This document shows, in pieces, positions 25,987 through 33,379 of a stretch of DNA of 62,769 nucleotides. Where the stretch lies: NCBI GenBank assembly GCA_948766235.1, contig CAQCFX010000004.1, forward strand, positions 1,842-64,610. The letters run 5' to 3'. This DNA is from an uncultured Oscillospiraceae bacterium. Its GTDB lineage: Bacteria; Bacillota; Clostridia; Oscillospirales; Oscillospiraceae. The number at the start of each line of letters is the position of its first letter. Positions within the stretch are counted from its first letter, which is position 1. The notes beneath the pieces are model-generated. The model was not told where the DNA came from. It searched no databases and saw only the letters and a program-made list of their open reading frames with translations. The translations under genes were made by a program, and so were the position numbers.

Positions 25987-27126
25987 TTAGTCGGCCAGCA
26001 GGTTGCGCTCGGTCTCCTTGTCGAACAGGTGCACCAGCTCGCCGGGGAAGGTGAAGTGGATGGTGGTGCCGTAGGGGATGCCGGCGCGGAAGCTCTCGGG
26101 CAGATCGGTGGTGGCCACAACCAGGACCACGTCCTTCTCAGCGCCGTTGTCCTCCTTGGCGGTGACGTGCAGGTGAATCTCGCTGCCCATCATCTCGGAC
26201 ACGTCCACACGGGCGGCGATGGTGTGCGCGCCGCCGCCCTCGGCGAAGGACACGTGCACGGGACGGATGCCCAGAACGATGTCCTTCTCGGGCACGTTCT
26301 TGGCCGCCAGCTGCTTCTGAATCTTCTCGGCGATCTCCATGGTCGCGCCGGCCACCTTGACGGCGTAGCCGCTGCCGGACTTCACCAGGCGGGCGTTGAA
26401 GAAGTTCATCTGGGGCATTCCGATAAAGCCGGCCACGAAGACGTTCACCGGCGCGTCGAACACCTCCTGCGGGGTGCCGATCTGCTGGATGAAGCCGTCC
26501 TTCATGATGACGATCCGGTCGCCCAGGGTCATGGCCTCGGTCTGGTCGTGGGTGACGTAGATGAAGGTGGTGTCGATGCGCTGGCGCAGCTTGATGATCT
26601 CCGCGCGCATCTGGTTACGCAGCTTGGCGTCCAGGTTGGACAGGGGTTCGTCCATCAGGAAGACCTGGGGTTCCCGGACGATGGCGCGGCCGATGGCCAC
26701 ACGCTGACGCTGGCCGCCGGACAGGGCCTTGGGCTTGCGCTCCAGATACTGGGTGATGTCCAGAATCTCCGCCGCCTCCTTTACGCGGCGGTCGATCTCG
26801 TCCTTGGGCAGCTTGCGCAGCTTCAGGGCGAAGGCCATGTTCTCATACACCGTCATGTGGGGGTACAGAGCGTAGCTCTGGAACACCATGGCGATATCGC
26901 GGTCCTTGGGCTCCACGTTGTTGACCAGCTTGTCGCCGATGTACAGTTCACCCTCGCTAATCTCCTCCAGGCCGGCCACCATACGCAGAGTGGTGGACTT
27001 GCCGCAGCCGGAGGGACCGACCAGCACGATGAACTCCTTGTCCGCGATTTCCAGGTTGAAATCGTGAACCGCTGTTACGCCGCCGTCGTAGATCTTCTTG
27101 ATGCCTCTCAAACTCAAAGTTGCCAT
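25987..27126 (-). CDS. Stand-alone sugar ABC transporter ATPase (MsmX/MalK/UgpC family)
   Basis: GPSGCGKSTTLRMVAGLE, RDIAMVFQSYALYPHM, DEPLSNLDAKLR, C-terminal TOBE-like region; typical N-terminus MATLSLRGIKK. Confidence 0.93.
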   Translation of the reverse strand: MATLSLRGIKKIYDGGVTAVHDFNLEIADKEFIVLVGPSGCGKSTTLRMVAGLEEISEGELYIGDKLVNNVEPKDRDIAMVFQSYALYPHMTVYENMAFALKLRKLPKDEIDRRVKEAAEILDITQYLERKPKALSGGQRQRVAIGRAIVREPQVFLMDEPLSNLDAKLRNQMRAEIIKLRQRIDTTFIYVTHDQTEAMTLGDRIVIMKDGFIQQIGTPQEVFDAPVNVFVAGFIGMPQMNFFNARLVKSGSGYAVKVAGATMEIAEKIQKQLAAKNVPEKDIVLGIRPVHVSFAEGGGAHTIAARVDVSEMMGSEIHLHVTAKEDNGAEKDVVLVVATTDLPESFRAGIPYGTTIHFTFPGELVHLFDKETERNLLAD

Positions 27127-27341
27127 AGCATGGACCGTAAACGCGCCGCCTCCGCAGCGTATCCTCGCCCCCAGGGAGTTTACCCCAGGGACATTACGGC
27201 AAGTCTCCACATTGCCGCACCGCCGGTCCGCGGATGTTTCCTCCTTTTTTTCTCCTCGGCGCGGCTATGGGCGCGTTGCGCCCAAGGGAGTAGCCGGGCC
27301 GGGTGGTTTGGTTCCGGGCAGCGCCCGGTGGGGGATGTGCT
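27127..27341 (-). ncRNA. Candidate structured cis-regulatory 5' leader RNA of the msmX-like gene
   Basis: About 215-nt leader with several GC stems; closing helix 27224-27231 / 27128-27137 loops out the region between the SD (27240-27244) and the ATG. Confidence 0.6.
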
Positions 27342-27347
27342 GTTCCA

Positions 27348-27377
27348 ATTTTAACAAACCAGCGGGTGCAGTGTCAA
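27348..27377 (-). promoter_or_regulatory. Candidate sigmaA promoter of the msmX-like gene
   Basis: TTGACA-18nt-TAAAAT with extended -10 TG. Confidence 0.65.
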
Positions 27378-27478
27378 GGGGCTCGCCGCAGTTTTCACAA
27401 AAATTTATCCGTTTCGCTGGCAATTTCCGGCAAAAGAGGACAACGCCCCCGCGCTGTTGGCGCGAAAGCGTCCTCCAT

Positions 27479-27595
27479 GTTCCAATTCGGCCTCCTCCGC
27501 CTGAGTGGCGCGGTGAGCAGGCCCTCTGCCGTCCCCCGCCAGCGGCGGGTGGATATCACGGTTCCAGCTTGGCCTCCTCCGCCTGGATGGCGCGG
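27479..27595. repeat. 35-bp imperfect direct repeat duplicating the 3' end of the ATP-grasp gene
   Basis: 27479-27513 vs 27561-27595, 30/35 identical. Confidence 0.8.
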
Positions 27596-28584
27596 AAGCG
27601 GGGCATGATGCCAATCTTGTCCGGGGTGTGCACGGGCAGCTGGTAGATGTCGTGGCCGGGGAACTGATTGCCCTCCACCAGGCACGGCCCCTCCGGGGTG
27701 AAGCACACGTCCCACCCCACATAGCCCACCTCCGGCACCACCTGCGCCGCCTGCTTCACCAGCTCCACCGCCTTGTCCCAGTCCGGGAAGGTAAAGCCCT
27801 GGATGGGGGTGCCAGTGGCGGGGTGGTTGACGTACAGGTTCTTCTGCTTGTCCAGCGCCCGGTCAATCACCGTGCCCGTGGCCGGGTCCATGGGGGCCAC
27901 CATGCCTCCGCTGTTGAAGTTGTCCACAAACCTGCCGTTGCCGATGCGGAACATGGCGGTGACCAGGTAGACCGTCCCGCTCTTTCCCCGGATGGTCACC
28001 ATGCGCACGGTGTTGATGGCGCCGGGATAGATGGCCGCCACCGCCGGGTGCTGCGCAATGACCTGCTCCAGCTCCAGCAGCGGGGCCCGCTGGGCCAGGT
28101 GCTCATATAAAACCTCCGGGGAGGGGTAGTCTTCCCGGTTCACCTTCTCAATGCCCCAGCCGCAGCTGCCCTTGGAGGGCTTGGCCATGAATACCGAATG
28201 GCGCGCCAGAAAGGCCAGCACCTCCTCCCGGTTCTCCCCCGTCACCGGCACCCAGTCCCGGCGGAGAAAGGGGGCAAATTTGGCGTTGAACTTAATCTTG
28301 TCCCCCAGCTCGTCCATATGGGCCTTGTCGTTGTATTTGGCCACCAGCTCGTTATTCCGCCCCCGGGTGAGGTAGGTGTCCCGCTGCTCCGGGGTCAGAT
28401 TGTACATCTCGAACAGGTCGTAGTCCATATACCCCGCGCCGTATTTCACCGCGCACTCCCGCATATCCCAGAAGATGGCCAGCCGGGAGCGGCCCGTCTT
28501 TTGATGGATGGAGCCGATTTTGTCCCACATGGCCTTGTAGTTCATGTTCAGCACCCGCTGAACCAAATATGTCGCCTTTCCCAT
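27556..28584 (-). CDS. Sugar-transfer-associated ATP-grasp domain protein
   Basis: DKIKF, KPSKGSCGWGI, NTVRMVT, VDNFNSGG, HPATG, VGWDV, VEGN motifs. Confidence 0.85.
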   Translation of the reverse strand: MGKATYLVQRVLNMNYKAMWDKIGSIHQKTGRSRLAIFWDMRECAVKYGAGYMDYDLFEMYNLTPEQRDTYLTRGRNNELVAKYNDKAHMDELGDKIKFNAKFAPFLRRDWVPVTGENREEVLAFLARHSVFMAKPSKGSCGWGIEKVNREDYPSPEVLYEHLAQRAPLLELEQVIAQHPAVAAIYPGAINTVRMVTIRGKSGTVYLVTAMFRIGNGRFVDNFNSGGMVAPMDPATGTVIDRALDKQKNLYVNHPATGTPIQGFTFPDWDKAVELVKQAAQVVPEVGYVGWDVCFTPEGPCLVEGNQFPGHDIYQLPVHTPDKIGIMPRFRAIQAEEAKLEP

Positions 28585-28674
28585 GAAAACCTCCCCGGCC
28601 CGCGCCGCGCATACCTAAAGTATAGCCATACTACCACACTCCCATGCAAAACGCAATGCCTGCCCAGGAAGCTA

Positions 28675-28703
28675 TTGACAAACCTCCTCCCCCATTGTAT
28701 ACT
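28675..28703 (+). promoter_or_regulatory. sigmaA promoter of bioY
   Basis: TTGACA-17nt-TATACT. Confidence 0.75.
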
Positions 28704-28727
28704 AAACATCGCAAATTAGTTTACAAT
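28694..28727. promoter_or_regulatory. BirA (biotin repressor) operator
   Basis: ATTGTATACTAA-N10-TTAGTTTACAAT (11/12 inverted repeat) fits the TGTAAAC-N16-GTTTACA BirA box and covers the -10 and start site of bioY. Confidence 0.85.
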
Positions 28728-28739
28728 GGAGGAATTCTT

Positions 28740-29324
28740 ATGACAGCAAACTCGAAGCTCAACACCCGCCGTCTGGCCGTGTGCGCGGTGATGGCCGCGG
28801 TGATGTGCGTCATCGCCCCCATCTCCATCCCCATCGGCCCCATCTCCATCACCGGCGGCACCCTGGCCATCTACCTGTCGGTCTACCTGCTGGGGGGAGC
28901 CTGGGGGACGGCCAGCGTGCTGGTGTACCTGCTGGTGGGCTTTGTGGGCGTGCCGGTGTTCAGCAACTATATGGGCGGCGCGGCCCGCCTGCTGGGTCCC
29001 ACGGGGGGCTACCTGGTGGGCTACCTGCCCATGGCCTTTCTGGCGGGGCTTATCATAGAGCAAACCTGGCGGCGGCTGGGCGGGCAGGACAAAAAAAGCG
29101 CCGCCCTGGCCCTGGCCGTCCAGTTTCTGGCCATGGTGCTTGGCACCGCCGTGCTCTACGCCTTCGGCACCGCCTGGTACTGCTTCCAGGCGGGCGTGGA
29201 CCTGCAAACGGCCCTGGCCGCCTGCGTCTTCCCCTTCATTCCTTTTGATTTGATGAAAATGGCCGCCGCGCTGCTGCTGGGCTTCCCCATCCGGCGGCGG
29301 CTGGAGCGGGCGGGGCTGCTGTAG
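28740..29324 (+). CDS. bioY: Biotin ECF transporter S component
   Basis: YLLVGFVGVPVFS, LLGPTGGYLVGY, PFIPFDLMK; upstream BirA site; RBS GGAGG. Confidence 0.93.
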   Translation: MTANSKLNTRRLAVCAVMAAVMCVIAPISIPIGPISITGGTLAIYLSVYLLGGAWGTASVLVYLLVGFVGVPVFSNYMGGAARLLGPTGGYLVGYLPMAFLAGLIIEQTWRRLGGQDKKSAALALAVQFLAMVLGTAVLYAFGTAWYCFQAGVDLQTALAACVFPFIPFDLMKMAAALLLGFPIRRRLERAGLL

Positions 29325-29335
29325 GGAAAACCCCC

Positions 29336-29363
29336 TTGCATTTTTCCCTTCTTCTGCTATAAT
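29336..29363 (+). promoter_or_regulatory. Candidate sigmaA promoter
   Basis: TTGCAT-16nt-TATAAT with extended -10 TG. Confidence 0.6.
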
Positions 29364-29384
29364 AAGGAGAGAAACAGTTTTTCG

Positions 29385-29400
29385 TGTTTCACGTGAAACA
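29385..29400. other. parS centromere-like site (perfect consensus)
   Basis: TGTTTCACGTGAAACA, 16/16 match to the ParB/Spo0J site. Confidence 0.92.
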
Positions 29401-29434
29401 CTCGTTCTATCCTTAATTGGGAGAGGTGACCGCC

Positions 29435-30187
29435 ATGTTAAACGGTATTTCCCCTTACAGCGGCTATGCCGCCTACGGCGCGGCCTATGCCAGCCGCGCC
29501 GCCTTGACCCAGGGCCCGGACAAGGGCCAGGCCGCCCAGCGCTCCGCCCCCCTGTGGGGCGCCCAGAAGGCCGCCCAGCCGGAGTCCCCCGTCCAGCCCG
29601 TCACCCCCGTGCGCCCGGTGAGCGCTCAGGAGGACCCTGCCCAGCAGGCCATGCTGCGCTACCGCTCCGACCCGGCGGAGCTGGCCGTGCGTATGCGCAT
29701 CCAGCAGCCCGACGCCCAGCAGGCCGCCGCCCTGCCCGGGCAGAAAGCCGCCCAGGAGGCAGGCCCCCTGGCCCAGCAGGAAACCCCCGCCCTGGAAAGC
29801 GCCAAGAGCCCCCAGCAGGTCATGGAGGAGGGCGAGTGCCAGACCTGCAAGGAGCGCAAGTACCAGGACGGCTCGGACGACCCCGGCGTGTCCTTCAAAA
29901 CCCCCACCAACATCTCCCCCGACCAGGCGGCCTCCGCCGTGCGGGGCCATGAGAACGAGCACGTGGTCCGGGAACAGGCCAAGGCCCGCCAGGAAAACCG
30001 CAAGGTGGTCAGCCAGTCCGTCACCTACCACACCGCCATCTGCCCTGAGTGCGGCAAGGCGTACGTCTCCGGCGGCACCACCCGCACCGTCACCAAGGCG
30101 GACAACAGCGGCCAGGCCGAGCTTCAGCAGGAGCAGAAGCAGGCGCAGCAGCAAAACACCCGCGTCCCCTTCTCCGCCGTGGCCTGA
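29435..30187 (+). CDS. Conserved hypothetical protein with HExxH and two CxxC motifs (SprA-related-like C-terminal domain)
   Basis: Low-complexity Q/A/P N-terminus, then CQTC...AVRGHENEHV...CPECG...SGGTT; RBS GAGGTG. Confidence 0.78.
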   Translation: MLNGISPYSGYAAYGAAYASRAALTQGPDKGQAAQRSAPLWGAQKAAQPESPVQPVTPVRPVSAQEDPAQQAMLRYRSDPAELAVRMRIQQPDAQQAAALPGQKAAQEAGPLAQQETPALESAKSPQQVMEEGECQTCKERKYQDGSDDPGVSFKTPTNISPDQAASAVRGHENEHVVREQAKARQENRKVVSQSVTYHTAICPECGKAYVSGGTTRTVTKADNSGQAELQQEQKQAQQQNTRVPFSAVA

Positions 30188-30203
30188 TTTCAATATGCAA
30201 TAG

Positions 30204-30239
30204 AAAAGGACTTCGGAGCATTGCTCCGAAGTCCTTTTT
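30204..30239. terminator. Bidirectional intrinsic terminator
   Basis: AAAAGGACTTCGGAGCA-t-TGCTCCGAAGTCCTTTT between convergent genes. Confidence 0.88.
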
Positions 30240-30241
30240 GC

Positions 30242-31315
30242 TTACAGCTCCAGCTGGTAGTCGCACCGCTCCTCCACCCGGCAGGCGCTGAAGTAGCGCT
30301 CCTCCAGGGGAATCCAGCGCTCCCGGAAGGTCTGCACCTGCTCCGGGCCGTCCCGCCCGGCCACCCGGCGCAGCTGCTCCTCGGGCGCCACGCTGAGAAA
30401 CACCCGCCGGTGATAATAGTTCCACAGCTTAGGGTGGCAGGAATAGGACCCCTCCACCACCGTCACAGGGGACCGCTTGAGGGCGATGGGCTCGCCCAGC
30501 TCCCCGGTCCGGCAGCTGTAGGGGCGATAGACCGGCGTCTCCCCCGCGGCCAGGGGAAGCAGCACCTCCTCCAAAAACCGCTCGTGGTCGATGTTGCCGC
30601 CGGGCTGGGCCAGGCGCTCCTTGGTGCGCTGCTCCGGCCGGAGGAAAAAGTGGTCCATGTGCACCACCGCAAGGCCCATGCTTTCTTCCATCTGGGCGGC
30701 CAGCGTACTCTTGCCCGAAGCGCACCGCCCCTCGATGGCCACAACGGCCCGCTCCCCCCGGCTTTGCAGCTGTTCCAGCTCCCGCAGCAGCACCACCAGG
30801 GAGGCCGAGCGCCTCACCACCCGGTAGGCCGGGCGGTAGGCCGCCCGGTAGGTGGGGCTGTGGGACAGAGGACAGCACCCCTCGCTGATGTAGCGCTCCA
30901 GGTAGGCCTCCAGCTCCTGGAGGGTAAAGTCGAACACCCTCTGCTCCGTCAGCGTCCGAAGGGCGTCCAGCTTGCTCAAAAAGGTTTTGCGCCGCCCCTG
31001 GTGAATCTCCGCCGAGCGAAAAAAGTCCTGGTTCAGCGTGCGCAGGGCTGTGTCGCTGAACTCCAGGGCGGCCAGCGCCACCCGCACCATCCCGTTGCCG
31101 ATGTCCTCCACCGGCGCCACGCTCAAATCGGTGGGCGTGGCGGCCCGCTCCGCCCGCAGCCAGGCCAGGGTGGCGTTTGGCTCATAAATCAGGTGCTCCC
31201 CGCCAAACTCATTTTGAAAAATCAGCTTTACCGCGTCACAGGGCTTCATCAAAGGATAGCGCCTGGCGTGGTCGGTCAGAACACGGCACAGTTCTAAATG
31301 ATGGTCAGTTTCCAT
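30242..31315 (-). CDS. Uridine-kinase-like P-loop kinase with an uncharacterised N-terminal domain
   Basis: C-terminal half VVAIEGRCASGKST, HMDHFF, VVEGSYS, WIPLEERYF; extra about 175-aa N-terminal domain. Confidence 0.8.
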   Translation of the reverse strand: METDHHLELCRVLTDHARRYPLMKPCDAVKLIFQNEFGGEHLIYEPNATLAWLRAERAATPTDLSVAPVEDIGNGMVRVALAALEFSDTALRTLNQDFFRSAEIHQGRRKTFLSKLDALRTLTEQRVFDFTLQELEAYLERYISEGCCPLSHSPTYRAAYRPAYRVVRRSASLVVLLRELEQLQSRGERAVVAIEGRCASGKSTLAAQMEESMGLAVVHMDHFFLRPEQRTKERLAQPGGNIDHERFLEEVLLPLAAGETPVYRPYSCRTGELGEPIALKRSPVTVVEGSYSCHPKLWNYYHRRVFLSVAPEEQLRRVAGRDGPEQVQTFRERWIPLEERYFSACRVEERCDYQLEL

Positions 31316-31367
31316 CCGTCAGTCCCGTCCTTTCCGCACAGCGGCGACAGCGCCGGTTTTTTCCATG

Positions 31368-31410
31368 AAAAAAAGATATGCGCCTTCCCAAGCGGAAAAG
31401 TGCATACTCT
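31368..31410 (-). terminator. Intrinsic terminator upstream of the kinase gene (possible attenuator)
   Basis: TATGCACTTTTCC-gctt-GGGAAGGCGCATA stem followed by TC-U7 on the minus strand. Confidence 0.6.
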
Positions 31411-31469
31411 CCTCGGTAAACGCGCGGAGGCGGCGTGGAAGGGCCCTTCCACGCCGCCCGCCGTGCTTT

Positions 31470-31498
31470 ATTTTAGCAAGCTTTGACCCAGCTGTCAA
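31470..31498 (-). promoter_or_regulatory. Candidate sigmaA promoter upstream of the kinase leader
   Basis: TTGACA-17nt-TAAAAT with extended -10 TG. Confidence 0.7.
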
Positions 31499-31536
31499 GA
31501 CAAAATCCAGAACAAAAAGTCATCAAAAACGCCGCT

Positions 31537-32928
31537 TTACTGGGTCATTACGGCAGATTTGGATATAGTTTCCAGAGCAGCCGTGGGGTGACGGCGGCGC
31601 AGCCGGGCAATGCAGGCCACACAGGCGGGAATCAAGAACAGGTCCGCGCAGATCCACGCCGCGGGGGAGGCGAAGCAGGCCGCGGTGTAGCCCAGCATGG
31701 GCACGAAGAAGTAGCCCACCACCGTCCGGGCAATCATCTCCAGCACGCCCGCCAGAATGGCGAAAGCGCCAAAGCCCATGCCCTGAATGGAGAAGCGCAG
31801 AATGTTCACCAGGGCCAGCGGGAAATAGAAGGCCGTCAGCGTAATGATATAGCGGGTGGTAAGCGCCACCAGCGTCTCCACCCCGGCCTCTCCGGGGTCC
31901 AGGAACATCATCGTCGCCTGGGGCGCCAGCAGCAGCATGGCCACAAGGGCCATCCCGGAGTAAATCAGCCCCAGCAGCGAGCAGGCCCGCACCCCCTGGG
32001 GCAGCCGGTCCAGCTCCCCCGCGCCCACGTTCTGGCCGCAGTAGGTGGCCATGGCGGAGCCCATGGCGTCAAAGGGACAGCACAGCAGCTGGTAGACCTT
32101 GTTGGCGGTGGCCACGGCGGTGACGTAAACGCTGCCCAGGCCGTTCACGGCGGTCTGCATGACAATGGAGCCGATGGCGGTGATGGAGTATTGCAGGCCC
32201 ATGGGCAGACCCATGGCGCACAGGCTCTTGCAGGCCTCCCAGTCAAGGCGGCTCTCCTCCCGCGTCACGTGGAGGATGGGGAACTTGCGAATCATATACG
32301 CCAGGCACGCGATACCTGACACCGCCTGGGACGCCACCGTGGCAATGGCCGCCCCGGCCACGCCCCAGCGAAACGCCAGGATAAAGAGCAGGTCCAGCCC
32401 AATGTTCAGCGCCGAAGACAGGGCCAGGAAATACACCGGGGTGCGGCTGTCCCCCAAAGCCCGGATGATGCAGGACAGCAGGTTGTAGAGGAACACCACC
32501 GGGATGCCCATGAAAATAACAAAAATATAGGCGTTGGCGTCCTCAAAAAGGTCGGCGGGCGTGTCCATGGCGGAGAGAATCGTCCGGCAGAACACCCCCG
32601 TGCCCACCGTGAGCACCAGAGCAATGGCGGCGGACAGGTAAGCGGCGTTGGCCACAAAGCGGCGCATCTGCGGATAGTCCTTCGCGCCCATCCGCTGGGC
32701 CACGGGAATGGCAAAGCCGCTGCACACCCCCAGGCAGAACCCAATCACGAAAAAGTTGATGGAGCCGGTGGCGCCCACGGCGCCCAGCGCCTGAGAGCCC
32801 AGGAGCTTGCCGACAATCATGGCGTCCACCATGTTATACATCTGCTGGAACAGCAGGCCGAACAGGGTGGGCAGCGTAAAGCCCAGCAGCAGCTTCATGG
32901 GGCTGCCGGAGGTTAAGTCTTTGGTCAT
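31537..32928 (-). CDS. MATE family efflux transporter
   Basis: MTKDLTSGSPMKLL, FQQMYNMVD, RALGDSRTP, GAAIATV, GQNVGA; RBS GGAGG. Confidence 0.92.
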   Translation of the reverse strand: MTKDLTSGSPMKLLLGFTLPTLFGLLFQQMYNMVDAMIVGKLLGSQALGAVGATGSINFFVIGFCLGVCSGFAIPVAQRMGAKDYPQMRRFVANAAYLSAAIALVLTVGTGVFCRTILSAMDTPADLFEDANAYIFVIFMGIPVVFLYNLLSCIIRALGDSRTPVYFLALSSALNIGLDLLFILAFRWGVAGAAIATVASQAVSGIACLAYMIRKFPILHVTREESRLDWEACKSLCAMGLPMGLQYSITAIGSIVMQTAVNGLGSVYVTAVATANKVYQLLCCPFDAMGSAMATYCGQNVGAGELDRLPQGVRACSLLGLIYSGMALVAMLLLAPQATMMFLDPGEAGVETLVALTTRYIITLTAFYFPLALVNILRFSIQGMGFGAFAILAGVLEMIARTVVGYFFVPMLGYTAACFASPAAWICADLFLIPACVACIARLRRRHPTAALETISKSAVMTQ

Positions 32929-33008
32929 AATAATGCCTCCTTCCAAAGGCGGGACTGTGGTTGCGATCAAGCTGGGCCTCCCTGGTTCCCCGCCCCAGCT
33001 TTCGCACT

Positions 33009-33036
33009 ATTATAGCCCCTTCTCCAATAATTGCAA
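33009..33036 (-). promoter_or_regulatory. Candidate sigmaA promoter of the MATE gene
   Basis: TTGCAA-16nt-TATAAT. Confidence 0.55.
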
Positions 33037-33188
33037 GCGTTGATTTCCACAATCTTCATCCCGGTTTTCTCTGGATTATTAGCTGATAGTTCCCGGTTTT
33101 CTCCCCTTATTTTTCGGTTTTTCCATGTGAAAGATATAAAATCCCCTGTTTCCCTTCCCCCTTTTCCGTCATTTCGCCCAGCAGCCCT

Positions 33189-33204
33189 GGTTCCACGTGG
33201 AAAA
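33189..33204. other. Degenerate parS-like site
   Basis: GGTTCCACGTGGAAAA; palindromic core TTCCACGTGGAA, intergenic. Confidence 0.5.
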
Positions 33205-33281
33205 GCCGCCGCCCGGCCGCCGGTTTCCCACGGCGCGCGGAGAAAGCGCGGGAAGAACCGCCCTGGAATTATCCCAAAACA

Positions 33282-33310
33282 TTGACATCCGCGCGGCAAA
33301 TTGATAAAAT
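33282..33310 (+). promoter_or_regulatory. Candidate sigmaA promoter of the hybrid kinase gene
   Basis: TTGACA-17nt-TAAAAT with extended -10 TG. Confidence 0.7.
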
Positions 33311-33379
33311 ATTTGCATTCGAGCGTTCGGGCTGCCCGCCGAGCCGCCCGCGCCTTATCGTCCATGGAGGGAAGGACTA

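Noticed and set aside
33040..33140. oriC / DnaA-box cluster or a further parS (TTTTCCATGTGAAAGA)
   Set aside because: No perfect TTATCCACA boxes and too many mismatches to parS
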